64,000 nucleotides of DNA, taken from NCBI GenBank assembly GCA_964607485.1, contig CAZSKP010000010.1, positions 32,001-96,000 on the forward strand. The letters run 5' to 3'. This DNA comes from an uncultured bacterium (GTDB lineage Bacteria > Abyssobacteria > SURF-5). Position 1 is the stretch's first letter; each line of letters begins with the position of its first letter. Position numbers and translations under genes: made by a program. Shown here piece after piece: positions 36,058 through 46,584 of the stretch. The notes under the pieces are model-generated. The model had not been told where the DNA came from, made no database searches, and was given only the letters and a program-made list of their open reading frames with translations.

Positions 36058-38679
36058 GTGTATGGTCGAGCGTTCGGGAGGACGGCATTCTTAATGCGCG
36101 CAGGCGCGGAACAGAGACGATGCATCCGCATCGCGGTCGCGATACTCTCCATCTTCACCGTGTTGTGCGCTCGCAATATTCTCGACTACTCTCCTACCTA
36201 CGATGAACCGACGTTTCTTCACGTCGGGGAGGAGCTTGCCTCCGGCCAGGGCTGGCGTACGGAAGTGAGCGTGGTCCATGCGCCGCTGTCGTTCTATACC
36301 CACGGGCTACTGCTGAAACCTTTTCGCTTTGAGGACGAGACGCAGAGGCTGCGCTGGGCGCGCGCGACGATGCTAGTGTACGCGTTGGCGATGGGAGCTT
36401 TGGTGTTCGTCTGGGCATCAGAGCTCTTCGGCGCGCCGGCCGGAATCGTGGCTCTCTCGCTGTATTGCTTCGACTCGAACATTCTCGCCCACTCCTCACT
36501 CATAACGACCGACATCATTCATGCGTGCTTCAGCCTCTTCCTGCTGTACTTCTTCTGGCGGTACATGAGCGAGGGAAGAAGACGATGGGTGGTTGCGTCG
36601 GGAGTAAGTCTGGGACTGGCGCTGCTCTCGAAGTACTCGGCCGTCCTCTGGTTCGCTCTGCTGCCCGTGATGGGGGCAGTGTTGCTCGTCCGGGACTTTT
36701 TGAAGAAGCGCCAAGGAAAAGCCGTCGAATCGCAATGCCCGACGCCCAGGGGTTTTGTCCTGGGCGTACTCGCGATTTTCCTCCTGGCCATCCTGATTCT
36801 GAATATCGGCTATGGATTCACGGGCAGTTTTGTGCCCCTCGGAGCCAACCACTACCAGAGCCGTCTGCTCGCAGCACTGTCCGATCATCCATTGACCTCA
36901 AAAGTACCCGTGCCGGCTCCGTTTCCGTTCATGAGGGGCTTCGACAGGCAGAAGTACATATCCGAAGTCGGCCACCCCTCGTTTCTGGCGGGCATGCATT
37001 CGACAAAAGGATGGTGGTACTATTACTTGGCATGCTTCCTGTTGAAGATGCCCACTGCGTTTTGGCCGATTCTGGCGTGGGCGGCGGTCGTTATACTGCG
37101 GCGACGGGACGGGCCGAGAAGGGCCGCTGAATTCATCCTGCTCTTCTCCTCGCTCGCGATAGTGGGCGCCAGCAGCTTCTTGAGCAAGAGCCAGGCCGGC
37201 TTCAGGTACGTGCTCACATCCGTTCCACCTTTGTTTGTGCTCGGAGGCGCCGCCGCGACGGATGCGACCGCCCGGTGGAAACGGCCTGCATTGGCAGGGT
37301 TGATGTTCCTTTATGTTGCGCCCGCGGTGTGGGTTCATCCGCATCATATCGCCTATTTCAGCGAGCTCGTGGGAGGGCCCAAGAGCGGCTACAAGTGGCT
37401 CTCCGACTCGAACCTCGATTGGGGGCAGGACCTCGGACGCGCGCGCGAGTACGTCGCGAAATCCGATGTGTCGGTCACAGTGAACCCGGGGATGATGCCT
37501 GTGTCCGGCCGGATTCTCATCAATGCGACGTCCTTGCAGGATTGTTTTGCGACCTATGACATCCACGGATGGCTCAGACCGTTCAAGCCCGTCGACTACG
37601 TGGGCTACTCGTGGCTGGTGTTCGACGTGAATGAGAATGCCGTCGCGAATCGGTCGCGTGAGACGGGAGGGTTGCCCGACGAGTACTATTTCGGCACATT
37701 CGAGTACGCGCGCGACCGGTTTCAGAGCGCCGAACGGCTCGCCGGGGCGACGCTGGCCGCACACCCCGGGCTGCCTGAGGGATTGTATCTGCTCGGCGTA
37801 TCCAAGCTGGCGCTCGGAGAACTCGACGCAGCCGTCGAGGCGCTCGATGCGGTTCCGGCGACGCATCCCTTCTACGTGGACGCAAGGGCCGACCTGTCAT
37901 TCATCGCGGCCCTCCAGGGGAGAAGCGACGCGAGCAGGACTTTCTGGAAGCAGTCGTCGATAGAAGACACGCTGAGGGCCTACGCGGAGAGGCCGGCGCT
38001 CGACGTGGAGGAATATTCTGGACTGTCGGCGGCGGACCCGGGAGATTGGACGTTCCACAACAACCTCGGGGTCTCCCTGTGGGCCGAGGGAATGCTTCCC
38101 GAAGCTGAGGCGGAAATCCGTCTGGCCGTGGATATTCAGCCCAACTTCGTCGAGGCGTTGGGAAACCTCGCGATAGTGCTCGAGGAACGCGGACTCTTCG
38201 AGGAAGCTTTACGGGCGCAGACGCAATACAATTCCGATTTTCTACTGCTTCGCGCGTCGCCCTATCGGGATTATCGCGTGTATTATGAAGACACGCGAGT
38301 GATGATGGGAGATACGCTGGAAGTGTACCCCAAGGCCGACGAAGACGCGCTGCGGCTCAAGGCGCACCTGGCCCGGCACCCGTCCGATGTCTCGGCGCTG
38401 AACCGGTTGGGGGTTGTGTTGATGAGAAATGGCCGCTTCGGCGAGGCCTACGAGAACCTCAACCGCGCTCTTGCTCTCAGCCCGGCCTCCAGCGCGTTGT
38501 ACACCAACCTCGCCGTGCTGTATACTGAAAAATGCATGCTTTCCCGCGCCCTCGACGCGTGCGAGCGGGCAGTGGAAATGGACGCTCAGAACGAATCCGC
38601 GGCGCAGCTGCTTTCCTCCATTCGCAGGAGGCTGGCGAGTTCGAGAAACGATGGGGCCGGTAGCAGACATTCTGAATAG
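36058..38679 (+). CDS. GT-C (PMT/ArnT-like) glycosyltransferase with C-terminal TPR repeats
   Basis: PTYDEP, TTD, KYS, RY, SDSNLDWGQDL, TPRs (HNNLG, LGNLA, LNRLG); start may be ATG 36094. Confidence 0.85.
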   Translation: MYGRAFGRTAFLMRAGAEQRRCIRIAVAILSIFTVLCARNILDYSPTYDEPTFLHVGEELASGQGWRTEVSVVHAPLSFYTHGLLLKPFRFEDETQRLRWARATMLVYALAMGALVFVWASELFGAPAGIVALSLYCFDSNILAHSSLITTDIIHACFSLFLLYFFWRYMSEGRRRWVVASGVSLGLALLSKYSAVLWFALLPVMGAVLLVRDFLKKRQGKAVESQCPTPRGFVLGVLAIFLLAILILNIGYGFTGSFVPLGANHYQSRLLAALSDHPLTSKVPVPAPFPFMRGFDRQKYISEVGHPSFLAGMHSTKGWWYYYLACFLLKMPTAFWPILAWAAVVILRRRDGPRRAAEFILLFSSLAIVGASSFLSKSQAGFRYVLTSVPPLFVLGGAAATDATARWKRPALAGLMFLYVAPAVWVHPHHIAYFSELVGGPKSGYKWLSDSNLDWGQDLGRAREYVAKSDVSVTVNPGMMPVSGRILINATSLQDCFATYDIHGWLRPFKPVDYVGYSWLVFDVNENAVANRSRETGGLPDEYYFGTFEYARDRFQSAERLAGATLAAHPGLPEGLYLLGVSKLALGELDAAVEALDAVPATHPFYVDARADLSFIAALQGRSDASRTFWKQSSIEDTLRAYAERPALDVEEYSGLSAADPGDWTFHNNLGVSLWAEGMLPEAEAEIRLAVDIQPNFVEALGNLAIVLEERGLFEEALRAQTQYNSDFLLLRASPYRDYRVYYEDTRVMMGDTLEVYPKADEDALRLKAHLARHPSDVSALNRLGVVLMRNGRFGEAYENLNRALALSPASSALYTNLAVLYTEKCMLSRALDACERAVEMDAQNESAAQLLSSIRRRLASSRNDGAGSRHSE

Positions 38680-38715
38680 CAGGCGCAAGATACCTGAAGC
38701 CCTCGGGGGAAAGGT

Positions 38716-40407
38716 TTGAACGCAACGAGCGGAAAGGGTTCTCTTGGTTCTTCGCCCTGGGCTCACGCGGGCTTCGTGCTTGTGCTGGCGGCCGCCGCTC
38801 TGCTCGCGTACTCGAACAACTTCACGGCGGAATTCGTGTACGACGATTATCCGTTCATATTGGAAAACCCGGCCGTCAGGACCCTCTCGAACCCAAGCCG
38901 CTTCTTTTTCGACAGGGAATCGTTCTCCAATAAGGGAGAATACATCATCTACCGTCCGCTGGCGACGCTGAGCTTCGCGCTCAACTACCGGCTGAGCGGT
39001 TACAATCCCGCATCGTACCACGCAGTCAACATCGCGCTACACGTTGCCTGCGGGCTGGCGCTCTACCTGTTTATGTTCTCCGTGTTTTCGGATGCGTTGT
39101 TCGCCTTCTTTGTTTCGCTCTTGTTCCTCCTCCATCCCGTGCAGACGGAGGCCGTGGCGTGGGTGTCCGGTCGGAGTAACTCGATGTTCCTCTTCTTTCT
39201 GCTGCTTGCCGTCATATGCTATGGGAGGTGGTCGGCGAACGCGCCACGAGGCATGATCTTCTACGGCCTGGCGTTATTGTTCGCTGCCCTCTCACTTCTG
39301 TCAAAAGAGATGGCGATTGTGCTGCCTTTTCTCTTGATAGTGTATGATGTATCGGTGAACAGGCCGACGATGAGGGAGCGGTGGAGGGTACGGCTAATGG
39401 CCGTTATGCCGTTTCTGGCCCTCTCGTTCGCCTACGTGATTCTGCGCCATCTGGTGCTCGGAGAGACGAGACAGGCAGACTATTGGGGCGGAGGCGTATG
39501 GCCGACGCTTCTTACGATGACGGAGGCTTTCGCCTATTATGTTCGTCTGATGTTTGTCCCCAGGCCCCTCATGGTCGAATACGTCGTGTCATTGGCGAGG
39601 TCCCCGCTTCAGGCGACGGCCGCGGTTTCGATTCTGGCACTCTTGATTATTCTGGTAATTTGTGTCTCCAGCTATCGGAGGAAGTCGATTCTCTTTTTCG
39701 GCATTGCGTGGTTCTTTGTCTCGCTGTTGCCTGTATCAAACATAGTGCCCCTCAAGGCAGTCATAAACGAACGATTTCTCTACCTGCCCTCGATAGGATT
39801 CTGCCTGGTTCTGGCATCCCCAATTCTGAGCGGGCGGTCGGAATCGAGCAAAGGCGCGCTTGGGGGAATAGTGGCGGCGCTCCTTCTGATAGCTCTGTGC
39901 TACGGAACGCTGACATTCGATAGAAATCGGGACTGGCACGATTCGCTTTCCCTGTGGACGGCATCGGTCAAAGCTTCGCCAGCCGGGCCGACGTCACGGT
40001 ACAACTTGGGGGTAGAGCTTCACCGGCGCGGCCGAGACGATGAGGCAATTGAGCAACTCAAACTCGCATGCCTGCTCCGAGACCCATTCCCTGTCGCGCA
40101 CGGGTTGTTGGGCAATATTTATTCTGCTCAAGGAAAGTATGCGGCCGCGATAGAGGAATACGAGATTGGCCTCGCGCAGGCGCCCGACGACGCTCGGCTG
40201 AGACACAATCTGGCGATGGCATGGTTCGAAAAAGGCAAGGCACAAGCCGGGCACAACGAAATCGAAGCGGCGGCGTGGAGTTTTCTTACGGCGCTGAAGT
40301 ACGAGCCGAACTTCGAGCCCGCGATGAAGGCGCTTGAAGAACTTCGCAAAGGCGTCGAGGCCGAACGTTTTCCCCAAACCGACCCCAAGCCACGAAAGGC
40401 GTACTGA
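38716..40407 (+). CDS. TMTC-like GT-C glycosyltransferase with TPR repeats
   Basis: FVYDD, YRPL, HPVQTEAVAWVSGR, SKE, ERFLYLPS, RNRDW..SLSLW, TPRs. Confidence 0.9.
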   Translation: MNATSGKGSLGSSPWAHAGFVLVLAAAALLAYSNNFTAEFVYDDYPFILENPAVRTLSNPSRFFFDRESFSNKGEYIIYRPLATLSFALNYRLSGYNPASYHAVNIALHVACGLALYLFMFSVFSDALFAFFVSLLFLLHPVQTEAVAWVSGRSNSMFLFFLLLAVICYGRWSANAPRGMIFYGLALLFAALSLLSKEMAIVLPFLLIVYDVSVNRPTMRERWRVRLMAVMPFLALSFAYVILRHLVLGETRQADYWGGGVWPTLLTMTEAFAYYVRLMFVPRPLMVEYVVSLARSPLQATAAVSILALLIILVICVSSYRRKSILFFGIAWFFVSLLPVSNIVPLKAVINERFLYLPSIGFCLVLASPILSGRSESSKGALGGIVAALLLIALCYGTLTFDRNRDWHDSLSLWTASVKASPAGPTSRYNLGVELHRRGRDDEAIEQLKLACLLRDPFPVAHGLLGNIYSAQGKYAAAIEEYEIGLAQAPDDARLRHNLAMAWFEKGKAQAGHNEIEAAAWSFLTALKYEPNFEPAMKALEELRKGVEAERFPQTDPKPRKAY

Positions 40408-41093
40408 TGAAACTGTCGGTCGTCATGCCAGCCTACAATGAGGAACAGACGCTCGAAGAAATAGTGGAGAAGGTCCTTGCCGTCGATTTGGAAAAGGAAC
40501 TGATAATCGTGGACGACGGCAGCACGGACAGGACGCGCGAAATCCTTCGGGAAAAATTCATGGGCAGGGATGACGTCAGGGTGATTTTCCACGAGAAAAA
40601 CTCCGGCAAAGGGGCCGCCGTGAGGACCGGTATTTCTCACGCCTCTGGCGATATGATTATCATACAGGATGCCGACCTCGAATACGATCCGGCCGACTAT
40701 CACGCGCTCGTGAAACCGTTGCAGGAAGGAAAGGCGGAGGTGGTGTACGGCTCGAGGGTGAAGGGAAGCAACTTCCGCCATCGGTACACCCTGAACCTTT
40801 TCGCCGCCAGGCTGCTGAGTGTTATGTCGAACGTGCTGTTCGGGCTGGCAATAACCGACGAACCCACCTGCTACAAACTTTTCAAGGCCGACGTCATCAA
40901 GTCGATCGAGTTCAATGGCAACGGATTCGAGTGGGAGCCCGAAGTCACGGCCAAGCTGGGGAAAAGGGGCGTGAAGATATTCGAGGTTCCGATAAGCTAC
41001 TATTCGCGCACAATCAAAGAAGGCAAGAAGATCAAGTGGATAGACGGCGTCAAAGCGATTTGGACGCTGATAAAATATCGTTTCGTCGATTGA
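40407..41093 (+). CDS. GT2 glycosyltransferase, Dpm1/polyprenol-phosphate sugar synthase-like
   Basis: PAYNEE, VDDGSTD, GKGAA, QDADLEYDP, GSR, EGKKI; 1-nt overlap with upstream gene. Confidence 0.92.
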   Translation: MKLSVVMPAYNEEQTLEEIVEKVLAVDLEKELIIVDDGSTDRTREILREKFMGRDDVRVIFHEKNSGKGAAVRTGISHASGDMIIIQDADLEYDPADYHALVKPLQEGKAEVVYGSRVKGSNFRHRYTLNLFAARLLSVMSNVLFGLAITDEPTCYKLFKADVIKSIEFNGNGFEWEPEVTAKLGKRGVKIFEVPISYYSRTIKEGKKIKWIDGVKAIWTLIKYRFVD

Positions 41094-41133
41094 TTCTTTC
41101 GAGGCGCAGCACTGACCCTGTAATCGAATTGTA

Positions 41134-43305
41134 ATGCAAGACCCTTCCACACCCGGCGGCTCCAGCAGATTGTTGAATCCCTCCGCGCTCATCAGAACGA
41201 TAACGCTCATAGCGCTTGCGCTGCTCGGCCTGTGCCTGTTTGCGAACAAAATCATCGACGCCGACATCTGGTGGCACCTTCGCACGGGGCAATACATCGT
41301 CGAGACCCGCACCATCCCCGGCGCCGACATGTATTCGTACACTGCGGGAGGAAACAGATGGATCGACCTCCACTGGTTGTTCCAGGTAATCCTCTATGTC
41401 GTGTACAGCGCTTTGGGTTCATACGGCCTGTCGCTCCTTTTCATCTCGGCCTTCTCCGCCGCCTTCGTTATCCCCTGGATGGCCCGCCGGGGGGAAAGAA
41501 GTCGTCTTCCGACGCTTCTCTTCTTCTGGCTTGCGCTTATGGCAAGCAGCGCGCGTTTTCTTCCCAGGCCAGAGGCGTTCACCTATCTGATGATTTCCAT
41601 CTACATGTTCCTGCTGCACGGGTTCGAGCAGGGCCGCTGCAGGCGGAGCATCTTCGCGCTGATTCCCCTCCAGGCGATCTGGACAAACATGCAGGGGCTG
41701 TTCATCCTCGGGCCGTTTCTCATCGGCGCGTATGCGAGCCAGGCCGTCGTCGCGCAAGTTGGTTCGCATGCGCTCAAACGCGAACCTGTTCCAGCGCAGC
41801 GGGAACGGATGTGGAAGCTCATCGCCTTTTTCCTCGGCTCGATAGCTGCCTGCATGCTCAATCCATACGGGCTGGAGGGAGTGCTCTTTCCGTTTACGCT
41901 GTTCACGAGGGCGGGCGGAATGGAGAACGTGTTCGCGCGCTCCATCGCCGAGCTCCAGCCGCCGTTTTCCGGCTATAACCTCACGAGCCCCCTAGAATAC
42001 TTCGGCCTCTTCATTGCGCTCTGCGCCCTTGCGGTCGCACTTGATTTCAGGCGCCTGAGGCTCAGCCACGTCATCATCTTCGCCGGGACGGCCTACCTCG
42101 CGCTGAACGCCAGGCGCAACGTGCCTATCTTCGTGTTCGCGTTTCTGCCGCTCGCGGTGGAGCACGCGGAGAGCCTTTTCACGCAACTCCGCAGCGCTGG
42201 AGGCAGAAGATATCGCCGTGCGATGGACCGGCTGGGCGTCGCCTGCCATGCGCTCATCTGTGTGGCAATTGTGTTTCAAATCGCGAGCGTGCTGACAAAC
42301 AGGTACTACATTTCTGACAAGCGGGCCGAAAGGTTCGGGTTTGGGTTCAAGGAGCAGGCTTTTCCCCACGGCGCATTCGTGTTCCTGAAGGAAAATGGAG
42401 TCCGGGGACCCTTCTTCAACAACCTGGACATAGGCGGCATGTTCATCTGGGAAATGTACCCTGCGGAGCGTGTGTTCATTGACCCGAGGCTCGAGGTCAA
42501 TTCGGCCGAGACCTTCTCCGAATACTATCGGGCAACATCCGATGCAGACGCCTTTAGGAGACTCTCGGCCAAATACCGGTTCAACGCGGCCATCATCTCG
42601 CACACCTCCCAGGACGCCCTGTACTTGATTCCGCTGATGTATTTCTCTCCCGATTGGGTGCTGGTGTATTTCGACCCGCTGGCAGCCGTGTTCGTGCGGC
42701 GGAGCACGGAGAACGAGGAGATCATCAGGGAGAACGCGGTTGACATAATGCGCGACGAGATTCCGGTCTTCGCGCCCGACGATACGCTGAACGACAGCAG
42801 CCCCAAGCTGTTGAGAAATGTTTTGGACAAGATTGCCTCCGTGGCGCCGTCCGATACCGAGGCGCAGAATCGGTTCAGCCTCGCGCTCGTCTTTTTGGTA
42901 ATAGGCCAGAACGAGCGGGCCGTGCAACAGCTAAAAGCGGGGTTCGAGCTGGCGCCCTCCTCGCCCGAGGCGTATTACAATCTTGGGCTGGCGTATGACC
43001 GCATGGGAGAGAAGGAATTGGCCGAGCGATATTACAAGAGAGCCATCCAGCTCGACGGCCGCCATGCCTCCGCGCACACCAACCTGGGAAGAATCTATGA
43101 TGAGCGCGGGCTTAAGAAGGAGGCCGAGAAGGAATACAGGCTTGCGATAAAGTGGGGAGGGGATAAGCCTATTCCGCTCTACAATCTGGGGGCTCTCTGT
43201 TACGAGCGTGGCGACCGCGAAGCCGCGCGCAAATATTGGCGGCGTGCGCTCAAGGCCGATCCTACGTTCATACCCGCAAGCGAGGCGCTGAAGAACCTGA
43301 ATTAG
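41134..43305 (+). CDS. Multi-pass GT-C-like membrane protein with C-terminal TPR repeats
   Basis: DADIWWHLRTGQYI, RPE, WTNMQG, NPYG, VFIDPR, TPRs (AYYNLG, AHTNLG). Confidence 0.82.
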   Translation: MQDPSTPGGSSRLLNPSALIRTITLIALALLGLCLFANKIIDADIWWHLRTGQYIVETRTIPGADMYSYTAGGNRWIDLHWLFQVILYVVYSALGSYGLSLLFISAFSAAFVIPWMARRGERSRLPTLLFFWLALMASSARFLPRPEAFTYLMISIYMFLLHGFEQGRCRRSIFALIPLQAIWTNMQGLFILGPFLIGAYASQAVVAQVGSHALKREPVPAQRERMWKLIAFFLGSIAACMLNPYGLEGVLFPFTLFTRAGGMENVFARSIAELQPPFSGYNLTSPLEYFGLFIALCALAVALDFRRLRLSHVIIFAGTAYLALNARRNVPIFVFAFLPLAVEHAESLFTQLRSAGGRRYRRAMDRLGVACHALICVAIVFQIASVLTNRYYISDKRAERFGFGFKEQAFPHGAFVFLKENGVRGPFFNNLDIGGMFIWEMYPAERVFIDPRLEVNSAETFSEYYRATSDADAFRRLSAKYRFNAAIISHTSQDALYLIPLMYFSPDWVLVYFDPLAAVFVRRSTENEEIIRENAVDIMRDEIPVFAPDDTLNDSSPKLLRNVLDKIASVAPSDTEAQNRFSLALVFLVIGQNERAVQQLKAGFELAPSSPEAYYNLGLAYDRMGEKELAERYYKRAIQLDGRHASAHTNLGRIYDERGLKKEAEKEYRLAIKWGGDKPIPLYNLGALCYERGDREAARKYWRRALKADPTFIPASEALKNLN

Positions 43306-43311
43306 GAAAGC

Positions 43312-44790
43312 TTATCCGTGTCCGTCGCTCAGGTATCGGCTGCGCTCGACCATCCGCGCCAACACCCCGGCGGCCCTGTCGGGAGTGGGATAAATGAGCA
43401 CCCCGTTCTCCTCCAGCGCGAGCACCGACGGATTCCTGACCGCGCGCGAGCCGACGACGGTTTCGGCAGCCACGACGACGGGCTTGCGATACTTGTCCAG
43501 CAGCTCGACCATTCCACGCGCAGAGTTCATGTCTTCCTCGACGAACAGGTCGGAGAGCTGGCGCAGGTTGTAACGGTCGGCAAACTTCGATTCTCTGAAT
43601 GTCTGCCCCCTGAGGGTCGAGAACCCGACGGCTCCCAGCGCCACGACGCCGTCAACGTAGTCGCAGCGGAGCATCGTCTCCACGCAGTTGATGAAATCGC
43701 CGCGCCTCAAGCCCGCAACCAGGTCGACCGGGTTGTTGCGGCTCCACCATGCCGGGAGAATCTCGTCGAGAGCCTCGAGGGTCTCGGGCCTCAGCTTCAC
43801 AACATCCAGGCCGACGCGCGAGCATGCATCGGCGGCGAGAACGCCCCAGCCGCCGCCTGCGGCGACTATGCCGACGCGGTTGCCCCTCGGGAGAGGCTGA
43901 CGAAGCATCGCCCTCGCCGTGTCGAACATCTGTTCGATGTCCTCGACGCGCGTTATTCCCGCCTGTCGGCACATCGCATCGAACACATCATCCGAACCCG
44001 CGAGCGAACCCGTATGTGAGCGGGCGGCCTCACTGCCCGCATCGGTCCGGCCCGACTTTATCATGATTATCGGTTTCTTCCGGGAAACCTTCCGGGCCGT
44101 TTCAAACAACCTGCGTCCGCCGTGCGAGCCTTCCACGTACGATAGGATGACATGCGTATCGGGGTCCTCTCCGAAATATTCGAGGTAGTCCTCCGTGCGG
44201 AGGTCGGCCTCGTTGCCGGAGCTGATAAACTTGTTGAATCCCATCTCGCGGTCGAGGCTGAACCGCAGCATCGAGCCGCCGACGTTGCCGCTCTGAGACA
44301 CCATCGAGATATGGCCCGGCTTGGGGAAGAAGGGGGGCATGATGGCATAGAGACTGGCCGAATTCACGCTCATGACGCCCGCGCAGTTGGGTCCGGCCAG
44401 AACCATTCCCCCCGCCTTGGCGATGCGCACCATCTCGCGCTGCATCTCCTTCTCTTTTTCTCCGAGCTCGCCGAAGCCGGCGGTTATCACGACACCCGCG
44501 GGGATGCGCTTTTCCACGCACTGCCTGACCACAGGCAGCACGTGAGGAGGCGGAACGACGATCATTGCAAGGTCGATGGTATCGGGCACATCGAGGACGC
44601 TCTTGTATGCGCGCAAGCCCATCACTTCCTTCTCCCGCGGATTGATGGGGTACACGCGGCCCTTGTAGCCGCCATCGATCAAGTTGAAAAGGATGAAGAA
44701 CCCCCATTTCGCCACCGTGTTCGAGGCTCCGACAAACGCAATGGAGCGCGGGTTGAAGAGGGGCGCAAATTTCTCAAGTATCTCTGACAT
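43312..44790 (-). CDS. ADP-forming acyl-CoA synthetase alpha subunit
   Basis: FNPRSIAFVGAS, GPNC, SQSG, GNEAD, SHTGSLAG (phospho-His), NPVD. Confidence 0.93.
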   Translation of the reverse strand: MSEILEKFAPLFNPRSIAFVGASNTVAKWGFFILFNLIDGGYKGRVYPINPREKEVMGLRAYKSVLDVPDTIDLAMIVVPPPHVLPVVRQCVEKRIPAGVVITAGFGELGEKEKEMQREMVRIAKAGGMVLAGPNCAGVMSVNSASLYAIMPPFFPKPGHISMVSQSGNVGGSMLRFSLDREMGFNKFISSGNEADLRTEDYLEYFGEDPDTHVILSYVEGSHGGRRLFETARKVSRKKPIIMIKSGRTDAGSEAARSHTGSLAGSDDVFDAMCRQAGITRVEDIEQMFDTARAMLRQPLPRGNRVGIVAAGGGWGVLAADACSRVGLDVVKLRPETLEALDEILPAWWSRNNPVDLVAGLRRGDFINCVETMLRCDYVDGVVALGAVGFSTLRGQTFRESKFADRYNLRQLSDLFVEEDMNSARGMVELLDKYRKPVVVAAETVVGSRAVRNPSVLALEENGVLIYPTPDRAAGVLARMVERSRYLSDGHG

Positions 44791-44936
44791 CGGACTTATT
44801 CCTGTCTGAAGGGAGCTATAATCAAGGGTGGCACCGTATCGGGGCATTTACCGCGCCGGCGACGCGGCGGGAACAAACGGCGAAAGCGCTCGGCGGCCTT
44901 CTGTCACAGGACGTCATTCCTGCCTCCAGCCGAACC

Positions 44937-45608
44937 CTACTCGCCCAGCACCACCAACGCATCCACGGCAACCGGCTTTGCGCCGGCGATTATGAGAGGA
45001 TTGACGTCAATTTCCTTGACGGCATCGTGTTCCAAACCGATTTTTCCCACGGCGATGAGCACCTGCGCGAGCGCCTTTCGGTCAACGGCGGGCTCGCCTC
45101 TGAAGGCGTCGAGGATTTTCCTGCCGGGCAGTTCCTCCATCATCTCGAGCGCGTCGCGTTCCTCCAGCGGGGCGATGCGGAAGGTGACCTGCTTCAACAC
45201 CTCGACGAAGATGCCTCCGAGGCCGAGCATGGCGCACGGCCCGAACTGCTCGTCTCTCGTGAGTCCAACAACGAGCTCGCGGCTGCCCGAGATCATCTCC
45301 TGCACGAGAATTCCGTCCAGGGCTTCGCCGGCCCGCTTCGTGATGCCGTCAAACGCTTCCGTCACCTCTTTCTCATCGCGCAGCTTGAGAGCGATAAGCT
45401 GCCTCTCGGTCTTATGGGTAAGCGCGGGCGAGCAGCCCTTCAACACGACCGGATAGCCCAGCTTCTTGGCAAATTTTACCGCCTCGGCGCTGTCCTTCGC
45501 CAGAAATTCGCGTGTCACCGGAATACCGTACGCGCTCAGAACCTGCTTCGACTGATATTCGGAAAGTGTTCGCTGTCCTGCCTTCAGGGCCTGGGTAATC
45601 GTGTCCAT
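44937..45608 (-). CDS. ADP-forming acyl-CoA synthetase beta subunit (ATP-grasp)
   Basis: GYPVVLK, HKTE, VQEM, FGP, GLGGIFVE, EIDVNP, VDA; SD AAGGAG. Confidence 0.93.
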   Translation of the reverse strand: MDTITQALKAGQRTLSEYQSKQVLSAYGIPVTREFLAKDSAEAVKFAKKLGYPVVLKGCSPALTHKTERQLIALKLRDEKEVTEAFDGITKRAGEALDGILVQEMISGSRELVVGLTRDEQFGPCAMLGLGGIFVEVLKQVTFRIAPLEERDALEMMEELPGRKILDAFRGEPAVDRKALAQVLIAVGKIGLEHDAVKEIDVNPLIIAGAKPVAVDALVVLGE

Positions 45609-45689
45609 AAACTGACGGCTCCTTGTCGTTGACTTAGAAGTCTCAAAAAAATATCCAAGAGGGTGCGCGGCGGACTTGCTGGGTTGGGG

Positions 45690-45718
45690 TTGACGCACCG
45701 ACCGCGCGAATGTAAGAT
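45690..45718 (+). promoter_or_regulatory. Sigma-70 promoter
   Basis: TTGACG-N17-TAAGAT; a second candidate TTGCCG-N17-TATCAT at 45773-45801. Confidence 0.55.
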
Positions 45719-45837
45719 GTATTATACCATCATTCGCTCGATTTCTCAAAGCAAGAGGTTCTGTTCCCACAATTGCCGCTGTTTTGGCAAGATTATATCA
45801 TGTATCAGAACGGAGCGCCGAGGAGGTGCTTGCAACA

Positions 45838-46470
45838 ATGAATGCGGAGAAAACGCTTCCCGATTTTGACGAGACTGCCCGGTTTCACGGCCATGTGTGC
45901 CCCGGGCTTGCCATCGGGTACAGGGTGGCCACCACGGCCATGGACCTGCTGGGGGTTGACCGACCGCGCGACGAGGAGCTGGTGGCTGTCGTCGAGAACG
46001 ATACCTGCGCCGTCGATGCGGTACAGGTGGTCACCGCCTGCACCTTCGGCAAGGGGAACCTCGTGTTCAAGGATTATGGCAAGGGCGGGTTCAGCTTCTT
46101 CTCGAGGGAGCGAGGGAAGGGATTGCGGATCAGCTACCGGGGATTTCCATCCTTGCCCGATGCTGACGCGCCAAGGATGCAACAACTCAGGGAAAAGGTT
46201 CATTCCGAGGGTTCGGCCACCGAAGCCGAGCGGCGGGAGTACGCAGGATTGCGCGAAAAGTTGATTAAGCACATCCTGTCCTGCGAGGCCGAAGACCTTC
46301 TGCGCTGGCAGTGGCTCGAGGAGGAGCCGCCCCACCCCGCGCGAATACGCCCGAGCATCGTGTGCGACGACTGCGGCGAACAGGTCATGGAAACGCGGAT
46401 ACGACGGGTCGGCGGAAGGAGCCTCTGCATTCCCTGTGCGGAACGGACGGATTGGCCCCAGGGAGGCTAG
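45838..46470 (+). CDS. FmdE-family protein with C-terminal C4 zinc finger
   Basis: FHGHVCPGLAIG, CAVDAVQ, CTFGKGNL, CDDCGE...CIPC. Confidence 0.92.
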   Translation: MNAEKTLPDFDETARFHGHVCPGLAIGYRVATTAMDLLGVDRPRDEELVAVVENDTCAVDAVQVVTACTFGKGNLVFKDYGKGGFSFFSRERGKGLRISYRGFPSLPDADAPRMQQLREKVHSEGSATEAERREYAGLREKLIKHILSCEAEDLLRWQWLEEEPPHPARIRPSIVCDDCGEQVMETRIRRVGGRSLCIPCAERTDWPQGG

Positions 46471-46584
46471 GCCTTCCCTTTCATGGCGAAGACGGGCCGC
46501 GACATGATTGCGCCGCTTGCCTTACAGCCCCACTTCTGCTAACCTTCTCTGGACTGCGAAGACGGAATCTCGGAAAGAAGCCGC

